Assembly: GCA_038526275.1 (NCBI GenBank)
Contig: JBCBGY010000001.1
Span: 16,344 to 80,343 of the forward strand
DNA from: Pseudomonadota bacterium
Lineage (GTDB): Bacteria; Pseudomonadota; Alphaproteobacteria; Rhodobacterales; Rhodobacteraceae
Direction: 5' to 3'
DNA: 64,000 nucleotides
Shown: in pieces, positions 9,140-19,039 of the stretch
Layout of the letters: each line of letters starts with the position of its first letter
Position numbering within the stretch: position 1 is the stretch's first letter
Program-made: the position numbers and the translations under genes
The notes under the pieces: generated by a model
What the model saw: the letters and a program-made list of their open reading frames with translations, nothing else
The model's database searches: none
Told to the model about the DNA's origin: nothing

Positions 9140-10380
9140 TGGATGGAGTGATTGAAAGCCGAACCCCTCGCATGGATGCGGTCCGCGCCGAGCAGCCGCT
9201 TGCCGGACGAAAGGTGCTGATCGTTGTCGAAAACCTGCCCTTGCCGTTTGACCGCAGGGTTTGGCACGAATGCCGGACCCTGACTGCGGCGGGCGCTCTT
9301 GTCAGTGTGATCTGCCCCACCGGCAAGGGTTATGAAGCGCCTTACGAAGAGATCGACGGGGTGCATATCTATCGCCATAAATTGCCCTTCGACGCGTCTG
9401 GCGCGATCGGGTACTTGGTCGAATATGGCGCGGCGCTTTGGCACGAAATGCGTTTGGCCCTTCGAATCGCGCGAAAGCACGGGTTCGATACGATTCAGGG
9501 CTGCAATCCGCCTGACCTGATCTTCCTCGTCGCGTTGCCCTTCAAGCTGTTCGGCAAGCGCTACATCTTTGATCATCACGATATTAACCCAGAGCTCTAC
9601 GAGGCCAAGTTCAACGAGCGCGGCTTTTTCTGGCGGTTGATGATGACCTTCGAGAAGTGGACCTTCCGCACGGCAAAGGTCGTCATCTCGACCAACAATT
9701 CCTATCGCGACATTGCAATGACCCGTGGCGGCAAGAAGGCCGAAGACGTCTTCGTCGTGCGCTCCGGCCCCGACCTGACCCGCCTGCATGTCCTGCCGCC
9801 GAACGACAAATGGCGCAACGGGCGCAAGCATATGGTCGGCTATGTCGGGGTGATGGGCGCGCAGGAAGGATTAGATCTTCTGCTCGAAAGCGCGAAGGAC
9901 ATGATCCAGAACCGTGGGATCGATGTGCAATTCGTGCTGGTCGGTGGTGGCCCGTCCCTGGCAGAGCTTCAGGCGATGGCCGCGGATATGGGTCTGCAAG
10001 ACCACGTTACCTTTACCGGTCGCGCGCCGGATCAGGATTTGTTTGAGGTGCTGTCAACGGCGGATGTGTGCGTGAACCCGGATCGCGTGAACCCGATGAA
10101 CGACAAATCCACAATGAACAAGATTCTGGAATATATGGCCTTTTCAAAGCCGATCGTGCAGTTCGAAGTGGCCGAAGGGCGGTACTCCGCACAGGATGCC
10201 TCGCTTTACGCCGTGCCGAACGACACCAAGGACATGGCCGACAAGATTGCGGAACTGCTGGAAGATCCCGAAAGGCGCGCCAAAATGGGTCAGTTTGGGC
10301 GCGCCCGGGTCGAGGCGGAACTGAGCTGGGATCACCAGGTAGATACGCTCATCGCCGCCTATAAACGGGCCGCCGCTTAA
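9139..10380 (+). CDS. Glycosyltransferase family 4
   Basis: VENLPLPFDRRVW, HHDINPE, YVGVMGAQEG, KILEYMA (EX7E region); TAATG coupling to upstream gene. Confidence 0.9.
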   Translation: MDGVIESRTPRMDAVRAEQPLAGRKVLIVVENLPLPFDRRVWHECRTLTAAGALVSVICPTGKGYEAPYEEIDGVHIYRHKLPFDASGAIGYLVEYGAALWHEMRLALRIARKHGFDTIQGCNPPDLIFLVALPFKLFGKRYIFDHHDINPELYEAKFNERGFFWRLMMTFEKWTFRTAKVVISTNNSYRDIAMTRGGKKAEDVFVVRSGPDLTRLHVLPPNDKWRNGRKHMVGYVGVMGAQEGLDLLLESAKDMIQNRGIDVQFVLVGGGPSLAELQAMAADMGLQDHVTFTGRAPDQDLFEVLSTADVCVNPDRVNPMNDKSTMNKILEYMAFSKPIVQFEVAEGRYSAQDASLYAVPNDTKDMADKIAELLEDPERRAKMGQFGRARVEAELSWDHQVDTLIAAYKRAAA

Positions 10381-10643
10381 GACAGGCCCTGAATACCTGT
10401 GGCCGTCGTTCCCGTGGCCCAAACACGGCTCACGCGGATCGGGAACATGGAACCGGCCGCGATGTAGACCGTGCCCACGTCGCCTGTGCTGGTCGTCACG
10501 CGAACCGAACCGCTGCCTGACACGTTCAGCGCGCGGGTCATGTACGCCAAGTCATTGTCATTATTGGGTGTGATCGCTTCGATCCGTTCAGCGGGTGAGG
10601 TCGGGCTGGTAGCGAACTCTCTAAAGATGTCAGTGGTGCTCAT
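10377..10643 (-). CDS. 88-aa GTA head-spike base protein homologue (Rcc01079/GhsA-like family)
   Basis: MSTTDIFREF..SPTSPAERIEAITPNNDNDLAYMTRALNVSGSGSVRVTT...FPIRVSRVWATGTTATGIQGLS fits the family pattern (SPA..., TP.D..DL...TRAL.V...G, P.RV.RVWATGTTA); GGAG RBS upstream; it is the real 3' part of the 376-aa ORF call. Confidence 0.75.
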   Translation of the reverse strand: MSTTDIFREFATSPTSPAERIEAITPNNDNDLAYMTRALNVSGSGSVRVTTSTGDVGTVYIAAGSMFPIRVSRVWATGTTATGIQGLS

Positions 10644-10799
10644 GGACTGCTCCTGCACATGGGGTGATGGCGGTCTTTTAGGCGGCAAACCTCCCCACCC
10701 CCTTACCGAACCGTTCGGCGTACCCATGATCTCGCAACAGGCGCTGGCGACGGCGACGGGTTGAGCGTAGACTATCCCAAAATCAGGAGGCGCACTTTC

Positions 10800-11561
10800 A
10801 TGTCCACAATGCTGTTCAGCAATTTGCCCAATATCAGCCACTGGTCCGACCGGGTCGATCTGGCCGCAGCCTTCCGCTGGACGGCCCGGCTGAACATGCA
10901 CGAAGCCGTGGCAAACCATTTCAGCCTCGCGGTAAATGACAGCGGCACCAAATTCCTGATGAACCCCAATCAGGTGCATTTTTCGCGCATTCGCGCCTCT
11001 GATCTGCTGCTGATCGATGCTGAAGATCCCCAAACGCTCAACGCTGCCAATGCGCCCGACCCAACAGCCTGGGGGCTTCACGGTGCCTTGCATCGTAAGT
11101 GTCCCCATGCCCGTTGTGCCATGCATGTGCATTCGATTTTCGCCACTGTGCTGGCATCGCTCGAAGATAGCCGCCTGCCGCCCATCGATCAGAACTGCGC
11201 CATGTTCTACGACCGGTGCGTGATCGACGAAGAATATGGAGGACTGGCCTTCGAAGAAGAGGGCGAGCGCTGCGCCGAGCTTTTGCAGGATCCCAAGCAC
11301 AAGGTGCTGATCATGGGGAACCACGGCGTCATGGTCATTGGCGAAACTGTCGCTGACACGTTCAATCGGCTTTACTACTTTGAGCGCGCGGCGGAGACTT
11401 ACATCCGAGCCTTGCAAACCGGTCAGCGTCTGCGCGTCATTCCCAAAGATATTGCCGAAAAAACCGCGCAAGAGATCGAGGACTATCCCGACCAGGCCAC
11501 AAAGCACCTGTCCGAGTTGAAGCTCATTCTGGACGCCGAGGATCCAGACTACGCCAAATGA
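10800..11561 (+). CDS. Class II aldolase/adducin family protein
   Basis: NHFS, GLHGALH, MHVHS (Zn-binding His), MGNHG; AGGAGG RBS before ATG 10800. Confidence 0.85.
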   Translation: MSTMLFSNLPNISHWSDRVDLAAAFRWTARLNMHEAVANHFSLAVNDSGTKFLMNPNQVHFSRIRASDLLLIDAEDPQTLNAANAPDPTAWGLHGALHRKCPHARCAMHVHSIFATVLASLEDSRLPPIDQNCAMFYDRCVIDEEYGGLAFEEEGERCAELLQDPKHKVLIMGNHGVMVIGETVADTFNRLYYFERAAETYIRALQTGQRLRVIPKDIAEKTAQEIEDYPDQATKHLSELKLILDAEDPDYAK

Positions 11562-11574
11562 GCCCTAGGTTCGC

Positions 11575-12414
11575 ATGACCGGAACGCTCCTTTCCCTGGG
11601 CCACGGCTATTCTGCTCGGGCGGTGGCCAAGCTTTTGCAGCCGCTCGGGTGGCAGATTAGCGGCACCACGCGCTCCGCAGACAAAATAGCGGCCTTGAAG
11701 GCGACAGGGGTCACGCCTCTGATCGTGCCCGGTGATCCGCTGGATTTATCGGGTGTCACACATTTGTTGATCTCGGCCAGCCCCGATGCAGATGGCGACC
11801 CGTTCCTGCCGTTGATCAAAGAGGCTTTGGCGACACAGACTCCGCCTTGGATCGGCTATCTGTCCACGACGGGCGTTTACGGCGATCACCAGGGCCGATG
11901 GGTCGACGAAGAGACGCCCTGCACGCCCGGCAACCAGCGCGGCAAATGGCGGGTGCGGGCGGAGCAGCAATGGCTTGAACATGGCGCCCATATCTTTCGC
12001 CTTGCGGGCATCTACGGGCCGGGGCGCGGTCCATTTTCAAAGGTTCGCAATGGGACGGCACGGCGGATCATCAAGCCGGGCCAGGTGTTTGGCCGGATCC
12101 ATGTGGAAGACATTGCCCAGGTGGTTGTTGCGTCGATTGACCGGCCTAATCCCGGTCGGATCTACAATGTGTGTGACGACGAACCCGCCCCGCCGGAAGA
12201 CGTGCTGGGCTATGCAGCAGAACTTCTCGGCGTGCCACTGCCGCCCGAAGAAGATTTTGAGACCGCAGAGATGACCCCCATGGCCCGCAGTTTCTACGCT
12301 GAGAGCCGCAGGGTCCGAAATGACCGGATCAAATCAGAGCTTGGCGTGAGGCTGCGCTATCCGGATTACCGGTCCGGCCTTCAGGCTCTGCTGGCCGCCG
12401 AAGCCATCGCCTGA
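11575..12414 (+). CDS. NAD-dependent epimerase/dehydratase (atypical SDR, YeeZ-like)
   Basis: LGHGYSA, YLSTTGVYGD, FRLAGIYGPGR, RIHVEDI, YNVCDD. Confidence 0.85.
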   Translation: MTGTLLSLGHGYSARAVAKLLQPLGWQISGTTRSADKIAALKATGVTPLIVPGDPLDLSGVTHLLISASPDADGDPFLPLIKEALATQTPPWIGYLSTTGVYGDHQGRWVDEETPCTPGNQRGKWRVRAEQQWLEHGAHIFRLAGIYGPGRGPFSKVRNGTARRIIKPGQVFGRIHVEDIAQVVVASIDRPNPGRIYNVCDDEPAPPEDVLGYAAELLGVPLPPEEDFETAEMTPMARSFYAESRRVRNDRIKSELGVRLRYPDYRSGLQALLAAEAIA

Positions 12415-12488
12415 CACGCCCGCGCCTATTTGCGGAAAGAACCGCTGATGCGTCTTGCGAAGTTCCCCGCATGGCGAGATACTGCGCC

Positions 12489-14288
12489 ATGACGCAACGA
12501 TTTCCGTCTTGGCAAGACAGTGCCGCCGCATTGATCGCGACGGCCCATGGCGAAACAGCGGCCGATCTGGTCGTAACCGGCGGCAAAGTCGTTCTGGTTC
12601 AAACCCGTGAAATCCTCGACTGGCAGATCGCGGTCAAAGCTGGACGGTTCGCCTATGTCGGCCCGGATGCCAGCCATTGCATAGGTCCGGAGACAACACA
12701 GATCGACGCAGCTGGCCGTTACGTGATCCCAGGCTTCTGCGACGGCCACCTGCATATCGAAAGCGGCATGTTGACGCCTGCCGAATTCGCCCGTGCCGTC
12801 ATCCCCCACGGCACCACCACCCTTCTTACCGATCCCCATGAGATCGCGAATGTCCTGGGCCTCGCCGGGGTGCGCCTGATGCATGACGAGGCGGCGTTGC
12901 AGCCCATCAACATCTATACCCAGATGCCCTCCTGCGCCCCGTCAGCCCCAGGGTTGGAGACCACAGGCCACGAAATCACGCCAGCCGATGTGGCAGAAGC
13001 CATGTCCTGGCCTGGCATTATCGGGCTGGGCGAGATGATGAACTTTCCAGGCGTCATCCATCGTGACCCGAAGATGCTGGCCGAAATTGCAGCAACCCAG
13101 GCCGCAGGCAAAACCGTGGGCGGCCACTATGCCTCACCCGATCTTGGCCCCGCCTTTCATGCTTATGCCGCCGGTGGGCCTGCGGATGACCATGAGGGCA
13201 CCTGCGAGGCCGACGCGATTGCCCGGATGCGTCAGGGCATGCGCGCGATGATCCGTTTGGGCAGCGCCTGGTACGATGTGGAAAGCCAGATTACGGCGAT
13301 CACGGAACAGGGACTCGACCCCCGGAACATGATCCTGTGCACGGATGACTGCCATTCCGGCACGCTCGTCCATGACGGGCACATGGATCGGGTGGTGCGC
13401 CACGCCATCGATTGCGGTTGCCCGCCCTTGATCGCGCTGCAAATGGCCAGCGTGAACACCGCCACCCATTTCGGGCTGGAGCGCGAACTTGGCAGTATCG
13501 CGCCCGGACGCCGCGCCGACATGATCTTGACCTCTGATCTGACGACGTTGCCCATCGAACGGGTCATCGCGGGCGGAAAAACCGTGGCAGAGGCTGGTCA
13601 GATCACTACAGAGTGCCCGCACCTCGATTGGCCCGCGACAGCGCGACAAACCGTTCGAATGGCGCGACCTGTGACGGCCACGGATTTCGATATCCCTGCG
13701 CCGCCAGGGGCCCAAACGGTCACGGCACAGGTGATCGGCGTTGTCGAAAATCAGGCCCCGACCCAGGCCCTGACGGCAGAGATTGATGTTGAGGCTGGCA
13801 TGTTGGCCCCAAAAGGCGACGTGGCCCGGATTGCCCTGGTCGAACGGCACAAGGCCACGGGCGGCGTAACGAACGGCCTGGTGTCCGGTTTTGGCTACAC
13901 TACGTCGATGGCCCTGGCCTCGACCGTCGCCCATGACAGTCACCATATGATTGTGGTCGGCACGTCGCCGGGCGATATGGCTCTGGCCGCGAACCGGCTG
14001 GCGGAGGTCGGAGGCGGCGTAACCTTCTGGCAGGACGGTGCCGAACAGGCCTTGATCGAACTTCCAATCGCGGGGCTCATGTCTGACCGCCCGGCAGCCG
14101 AAGTCGCGGCCAAAGCCGACCAACTGGGCGCAGCCATGCGCGCCGCCGGATGCAGCCTGAACAATGCCTTCATGCAGCATTCGCTTCTGGCGCTCGTGGT
14201 GATCCCGGAACTCCGGATCTCTGATCTTGGCTTGGTCGATGTGAGGGAGTTCGCCCTGACAGATCTAGTTGTGGCGGAGGTGCCATGA
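12489..14288 (+). CDS. ade: Adenine deaminase
   Basis: PGFCDGHLHIES, DPHEIANV, EMMNFPG, DHE, CTDD, STVAHDSH motifs. Confidence 0.95.
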   Translation: MTQRFPSWQDSAAALIATAHGETAADLVVTGGKVVLVQTREILDWQIAVKAGRFAYVGPDASHCIGPETTQIDAAGRYVIPGFCDGHLHIESGMLTPAEFARAVIPHGTTTLLTDPHEIANVLGLAGVRLMHDEAALQPINIYTQMPSCAPSAPGLETTGHEITPADVAEAMSWPGIIGLGEMMNFPGVIHRDPKMLAEIAATQAAGKTVGGHYASPDLGPAFHAYAAGGPADDHEGTCEADAIARMRQGMRAMIRLGSAWYDVESQITAITEQGLDPRNMILCTDDCHSGTLVHDGHMDRVVRHAIDCGCPPLIALQMASVNTATHFGLERELGSIAPGRRADMILTSDLTTLPIERVIAGGKTVAEAGQITTECPHLDWPATARQTVRMARPVTATDFDIPAPPGAQTVTAQVIGVVENQAPTQALTAEIDVEAGMLAPKGDVARIALVERHKATGGVTNGLVSGFGYTTSMALASTVAHDSHHMIVVGTSPGDMALAANRLAEVGGGVTFWQDGAEQALIELPIAGLMSDRPAAEVAAKADQLGAAMRAAGCSLNNAFMQHSLLALVVIPELRISDLGLVDVREFALTDLVVAEVP

Positions 14289-14324
14289 TAGGCAGGCACA
14301 CCGGCTTTCAGAAAAGTTGACCCC

Positions 14325-15806
14325 ATGACCGTTCAGCCCATCGCACCTATCCTCACACCGCCCGATCAGAAGACGGCGAGTTTTACGTCCGCGTCCGAGG
14401 CGGTGGATCATCTGATCGCTCTCTATGCGGCGGCAACCGCCTTCCTGCGGGAGGGTTTTTCCAAGACGGTCGGCGGCGATCGGCCTGATTGCCGCTTCCG
14501 GGCGTTCTACCCGGAGATCCGGCTGAAAACGACAACCTTTGCCCGGATCGACAGTCGACTGGCCTTTGGCCATGTCGCATCGCCCGGCATCTATTCGACG
14601 ACAATCACGCAGCCGGACCTGTTCCGCCATTACCTGACTCAGCAGATCGGACTGTTGATCGAAAATCATGGCCTGCCCGTTGTGATTGGCCCCTCCGAGA
14701 CGCCAATCCCCGTGCATTTCGCCGTGGCCGAAGACGCCTCGATCACGGTACCTCAGGAAGGGGCCATGACCTTCCCGTTAAGGGACTTCTTCGATGTGCC
14801 GGATCTTGCCACCACACACGACGATATCGTGAACAATGCGGCCTATCTGCATGAAGATGGCTCCAGCCCGCTCGCGCCGTTCACGGCCCAACGGGTTGAC
14901 TATTCGCTGGCCCGCCTCAGCCACTACACCGCGACCCGCCCCGAATATTTCCAGAACCACGTTCTGTTTACCAACTACCAGTTCTACGTGGACGAATTCG
15001 AAAGCTACGCGCGGGACGCCCTCGCCGATCCGTCCAGCGGCTACGAGGCGTTCGTCGCTCCCGGAAACCAGGTGATCACGGCTGCGGACGGAGAACTGAA
15101 ACCGCTGGCCAAGCTGCCGCAAATGCCCAGCTACCACCTGACCCGTGCAAATGGCGACGGGGTGACCCTGGTCAATATCGGCGTCGGTCCGTCGAACGCC
15201 AAAACCGCGACCGACCATATCGCGGTCTTGCGGCCCCGCGCCTGGCTGATGGTCGGGCACTGCGCCGGACTGCGCAATACGCAAAGCCTGGGTGACTTCG
15301 TTCTGGCCCATGCCTATCTGCGCGAAGACCACGTGCTGGATGACGACCTGCCGATCTGGGTCCCGATCCCGGCGCTGGCAGAGATGCAAATAGCCCTCGA
15401 AGAGGCGGTGGCCGAGGTCACCCAGTTAGAAGGGTACGAACTGAAAAGCATCATGCGCACCGGCACCGTTGCCACAATCGACAACCGCAATTGGGAATTG
15501 CGGGACCAATCCGGCCCAGTGCAGCGCCTGAGCCAGTCCCGCGCCATTGCGCTCGATATGGAAAGTGCCACCATCGCGGCGAATGGCTTTCGGTTCCGTG
15601 TGCCATATGGCACGCTGCTGTGCGTTTCCGACAAGCCCTTGCATGGCGAATTGAAGCTTCCAGGCATGGCTTCGGACTTTTACAGGACCCAAGTTTCCCG
15701 CCACTTGTTGATCGGCATTCGCGCCATGGAACAGCTGCGGAGCATGCCGTTGGAGCGTTTGCACAGCCGAAAGCTACGCAGTTTCGACGAAACCGCGTTT
15801 TTATAG
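14325..15806 (+). CDS. amn: AMP nucleosidase
   Basis: QRVDYSLARLSHY, FTNYQFY, PQMPSYHL, NIGVGPSNAKTATDH, GHCAGLR, DMESAT, VSDKPLHGE. Confidence 0.95.
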   Translation: MTVQPIAPILTPPDQKTASFTSASEAVDHLIALYAAATAFLREGFSKTVGGDRPDCRFRAFYPEIRLKTTTFARIDSRLAFGHVASPGIYSTTITQPDLFRHYLTQQIGLLIENHGLPVVIGPSETPIPVHFAVAEDASITVPQEGAMTFPLRDFFDVPDLATTHDDIVNNAAYLHEDGSSPLAPFTAQRVDYSLARLSHYTATRPEYFQNHVLFTNYQFYVDEFESYARDALADPSSGYEAFVAPGNQVITAADGELKPLAKLPQMPSYHLTRANGDGVTLVNIGVGPSNAKTATDHIAVLRPRAWLMVGHCAGLRNTQSLGDFVLAHAYLREDHVLDDDLPIWVPIPALAEMQIALEEAVAEVTQLEGYELKSIMRTGTVATIDNRNWELRDQSGPVQRLSQSRAIALDMESATIAANGFRFRVPYGTLLCVSDKPLHGELKLPGMASDFYRTQVSRHLLIGIRAMEQLRSMPLERLHSRKLRSFDETAFL

Positions 15807-15954
15807 GCTGAAAAGCCACGCTCCGCTGCGGAAACGTGCGTGAATCCCCTTGATTTACTGGAGCCTCAGTCACAAAAGATTGAGACACCACCCTACATGG
15901 CGTGGCACGGCGGAAAATCACCCCAACAGGGGGGCAATAACGAGGAGACCAATA

Positions 15955-16242
15955 ATGGGCAAACCAATGACCAAGACTCAGCTTGTCGCTGCGCTCGCCG
16001 AAGAAATGGGGGCAGACAAGAAAAGTGCGGCCACCGCTTTGGACGCGATTTCAGGCATCATCACCAAAGAAGTCGCCGGCGGCGGCGCTGTGACATTACC
16101 AGGCGTGGGCAAGATTTACTGTCGTGAGCGGCCCGAGCGTGAAGTCCGGAACCCTGCGACAGGCGAGAAGATCAAGAAGGAAGCCGACAAGGTGGTCAAG
16201 ATGACCATCGCCAAGGCGCTGAAAGACAGCGTAAACGGCTGA
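15955..16242 (+). CDS. HU family DNA-binding protein
   Basis: MTKTQLVAALAE...LPGVGK...RPEREVRNPATGE; GAGGAG RBS before ATG 15955. Confidence 0.92.
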   Translation: MGKPMTKTQLVAALAEEMGADKKSAATALDAISGIITKEVAGGGAVTLPGVGKIYCRERPEREVRNPATGEKIKKEADKVVKMTIAKALKDSVNG

Positions 16243-16268
16243 CCCAACCTACAGATTGAGTTGACGTG

Positions 16269-16299
16269 GGGCTGCTGGAATGCAGCCCTTCAGTTTTTT
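16269..16299 (+). terminator. Intrinsic terminator after HU gene
   Basis: GGGCTGC-TGGAAT-GCAGCCC stem-loop followed by TTCAGTTTTTT. Confidence 0.7.
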
Positions 16300-16353
16300 G
16301 GGCAACGGTGCTCCAGACGGTCGGCTTGATCGGTCGACCCAGAGAGGCTTCTC

Positions 16354-17223
16354 ATGGACAGTCGTGCCGTTTTGGCTGGCCTGGTCTTTGTCATTATCTG
16401 GTCGTCCGCATTCAGTTCGGCCAGGATCATTGTGGCTGCCGCTTCGCCTCTGGGCGCTCTGTCTCTGCGCTTCTTTATCTCCGGATTGATCGCCGTTGCC
16501 ATTGCAAGATCCCTTGGCCAGTCTTGGCGGCTGACGGCCCCACAATGGCGCGCGACAATCATCTTCGGCGTGTGCCAAAACGCGCTTTATCTGGGTCTGA
16601 ACTTTCACGCGATGCAAACGATTGAGGCCTCGCTCGCCTCGATCATCGCATCAACCATGCCGTTGCTCGTCGCACTCTTGGGCTGGGCCTTCTTCCGGGA
16701 AAAACTGTCGGTCGTGGCGCTTGGCGGATTGTGCGCAGGTTTCGCGGGGGTGGCAATCATCATGGGCGGCAGACTGGCGGGTGAGGCAGATCTGTCCGGC
16801 ATCCTACTCTGTAGTCTGGGCGCGTTGGCCCTTTCTTTTGCAACCCTTGTCGTCCGCGACGCTATTTCCTCGGGCAGCCTGATGATGGTGATCGGACTGC
16901 AAATGCTGATCGGCTCCGCCACATTGGCTCTCGGATCATTGCTGACCGAAGAGTGGCGCTTGGACTGGTCCACAGCATTCGTGGTGGCGTTCGTTTATAC
17001 CACATTGGTGCCTGGCCTATTGGCGACATTCCTGTGGGTCTGGCTCGTTGAACGGATCGGCGCGATCAAAGCCGCCGCCTTCCACTTTCTAAACCCATTC
17101 TTCGGAGTGGCCATTGCCGCAGCCCTTCTTTCGGAACAGATCCGAACAGCCGATATCGTGGGCGTTATCATCATTATGATTGGGATTTTGGCGGTTCAAC
17201 TTTCGAAAACGCAAAAGACGTAA
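16354..17223 (+). CDS. DMT/EamA family transporter
   Basis: About 10 TM helices, IWSSAF, LRF, PLLVALLGW, FHFLNPFFGV. Confidence 0.9.
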   Translation: MDSRAVLAGLVFVIIWSSAFSSARIIVAAASPLGALSLRFFISGLIAVAIARSLGQSWRLTAPQWRATIIFGVCQNALYLGLNFHAMQTIEASLASIIASTMPLLVALLGWAFFREKLSVVALGGLCAGFAGVAIIMGGRLAGEADLSGILLCSLGALALSFATLVVRDAISSGSLMMVIGLQMLIGSATLALGSLLTEEWRLDWSTAFVVAFVYTTLVPGLLATFLWVWLVERIGAIKAAAFHFLNPFFGVAIAAALLSEQIRTADIVGVIIIMIGILAVQLSKTQKT

Positions 17224-17301
17224 TTCTCCCCACAGCTTTGTTATCGCCCGTTAGCGGTAACGGAGATGACAAATCACCCGACTGTCGGGCATGGAGCCGC
17301 C

Positions 17302-18015
17302 ATGGATTTACTTCTCGGATATGGCGCCGGTCTTTTGACCCTGATTAACCCTTGCGTGCTGCCGGTCTTGCCGATTGTGCTGGCCGGCGCGCTGCAGGCC
17401 AGTCGCTGGGGGCCTGTTGCCCTTGCGGCGGGCATGAGCCTGGCCTTCGTCACGCTGGGATTGGGGGTTGCCACACTGGGCCAATCCTTTGACATCGACG
17501 AAGAGATCGTTGCGCAAGTTGCAGCACTCCTGATGGTAGGCTTTGGTTTGGTGCTGCTGGTACCCCGCTTTTCCGCAAGTTTTGCCACCGCCACAGCAGG
17601 TATGGCCGCCGGTGCCGACGCCCGCATGGACCAGCTTGATACAACCAGCCTGCGTGGCCAGTTCCTCGGCGGTATGCTCCTGGGCGCCGTTTGGAGCCCA
17701 TGCGTGGGCCCGACCCTGGGCGCGGCCATATCCCTCGCCTTCAGCGGAGAAAGCCTGGGCTGGGCGGGTGCAATCATGTCCGCCTTCGCCCTCGGAGTCT
17801 CCACCATCATCCTGGCGCTCGGCTATGGCGCGCGTTCGGCGCTGCAACGGCGCAAGGCTTGGATGCATGCCGTCGCTATCCGCGCCCGCCCTATCCTAGG
17901 CATCGTATTCGTTCTGGTTGGTGTCGGTATCTTCTTCGGGGTGCATAAACTCTTGGAGATCTGGGCGCTCGACGTCCTGCCGATCTGGCTTCAAGACCTA
18001 TCTGTCGCGTTGTAA
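17302..18015 (+). CDS. Cytochrome c biogenesis CcdA/DsbD-type membrane protein
   Basis: LINPCVLPVLP and WSPCVGPTLG redox Cys motifs; GGAG RBS. Confidence 0.9.
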   Translation: MDLLLGYGAGLLTLINPCVLPVLPIVLAGALQASRWGPVALAAGMSLAFVTLGLGVATLGQSFDIDEEIVAQVAALLMVGFGLVLLVPRFSASFATATAGMAAGADARMDQLDTTSLRGQFLGGMLLGAVWSPCVGPTLGAAISLAFSGESLGWAGAIMSAFALGVSTIILALGYGARSALQRRKAWMHAVAIRARPILGIVFVLVGVGIFFGVHKLLEIWALDVLPIWLQDLSVAL

Positions 18016-18038
18016 CTTCACCCCTGAGGAGAAATTCA

Positions 18039-18446
18039 ATGAACCGCCGTCACTTCCTGGCACTGAGCTCTGCGGCTATTGTCATTCCATCCCTCGCCAA
18101 GGCCTCTGTCCTGACCTACTCGCCGGGTCTTGCGGACAAGCACCTTAAAGCTGGCGAAACCGTGTTTCTGGATTTCAAAGCAGAATGGTGCACGACCTGC
18201 CGTGCCCAGGAACGCGTGATCAACGCGTTGCGGTCCGAAAACCCGGCCTACGATCAAAGCATCACGTTTATCAACGTGGATTGGGACGACTATCGCAATG
18301 ATACGCTGACCAAGCGTTTGTCCATTCCCCGCCGCTCGACCCTGGTTGTGCTGAAAGGCGATGAGGAGATCGGGCGCATCGTGGCTGGCACCCGCAAGGC
18401 CGAAATCAAGGCCCTTATGGATAAGGCCTTGCAAGTCTCAGCCTAA
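18039..18446 (+). CDS. Exported thioredoxin family protein (partner of CcdA)
   Basis: Tat-like MNRRHFL signal, WCTTC active site. Confidence 0.88.
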   Translation: MNRRHFLALSSAAIVIPSLAKASVLTYSPGLADKHLKAGETVFLDFKAEWCTTCRAQERVINALRSENPAYDQSITFINVDWDDYRNDTLTKRLSIPRRSTLVVLKGDEEIGRIVAGTRKAEIKALMDKALQVSA

Positions 18447-18570
18447 AGCGTTTGGCCAAATACCTGAAACGAATATGCAGCGCGTCCCGAATTGGACGCG
18501 TTGATTGCAGGTGACTTGCTTCAGGTTCTTTCGCATAACCAATCGCAATTGAGCAGAGGGGTCTGGCCCC

Positions 18571-19029
18571 TCACCGCTCAATAGGCGTGCCATCACTTCG
18601 GGTGAAGGTTTTGCCATCGGCATCGTGGCGCAAGATCACATCGTGATCCGGGTAATGCACAACGCCATGGTCAAACCGCGTTCCCACGACCAAAAGAACG
18701 GCATCTTCCTCGGATCGGTTCTCCAGGCAATGGGCCGCCGGAACCCCTGCCTTCCAACCAGCCACGTCCCCGGCAAGAAGCACTGTTTCTTCGTCCTCCA
18801 CCAGAACCAACTCACCCGCCAACACATAGACCAATTCGTCTTCGGTTTCGTGCCAATGCCGATGCGACGAGCGTGAGCCCGGCGACAACCTTTCCAAGCG
18901 TGCACCAAACTGAGTAATCCCAACCACATCGCCCAGAACAATCTCGGCATAGGGCCCATCATCCTGACCGGTCAACGGGTTCGGTCCCGGTGCTTTTTCT
19001 GACCATGGCGGTAGATTGATCTTGGGCAT
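18571..19029 (-). CDS. Cupin domain protein
   Basis: LSPGSRSSHRHWHETEDELVYVLAGE, GWKAGVPAAHCLEN. Confidence 0.85.
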   Translation of the reverse strand: MPKINLPPWSEKAPGPNPLTGQDDGPYAEIVLGDVVGITQFGARLERLSPGSRSSHRHWHETEDELVYVLAGELVLVEDEETVLLAGDVAGWKAGVPAAHCLENRSEEDAVLLVVGTRFDHGVVHYPDHDVILRHDADGKTFTRSDGTPIER

Positions 19030-19039
19030 TCGATTTCCC

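Noticed and set aside
10644-11507. N-terminal 288 aa of the 376-aa minus-strand ORF
   Set aside because: Antisense shadow of the aldolase gene; only the last 88 codons have an RBS and family-like sequence
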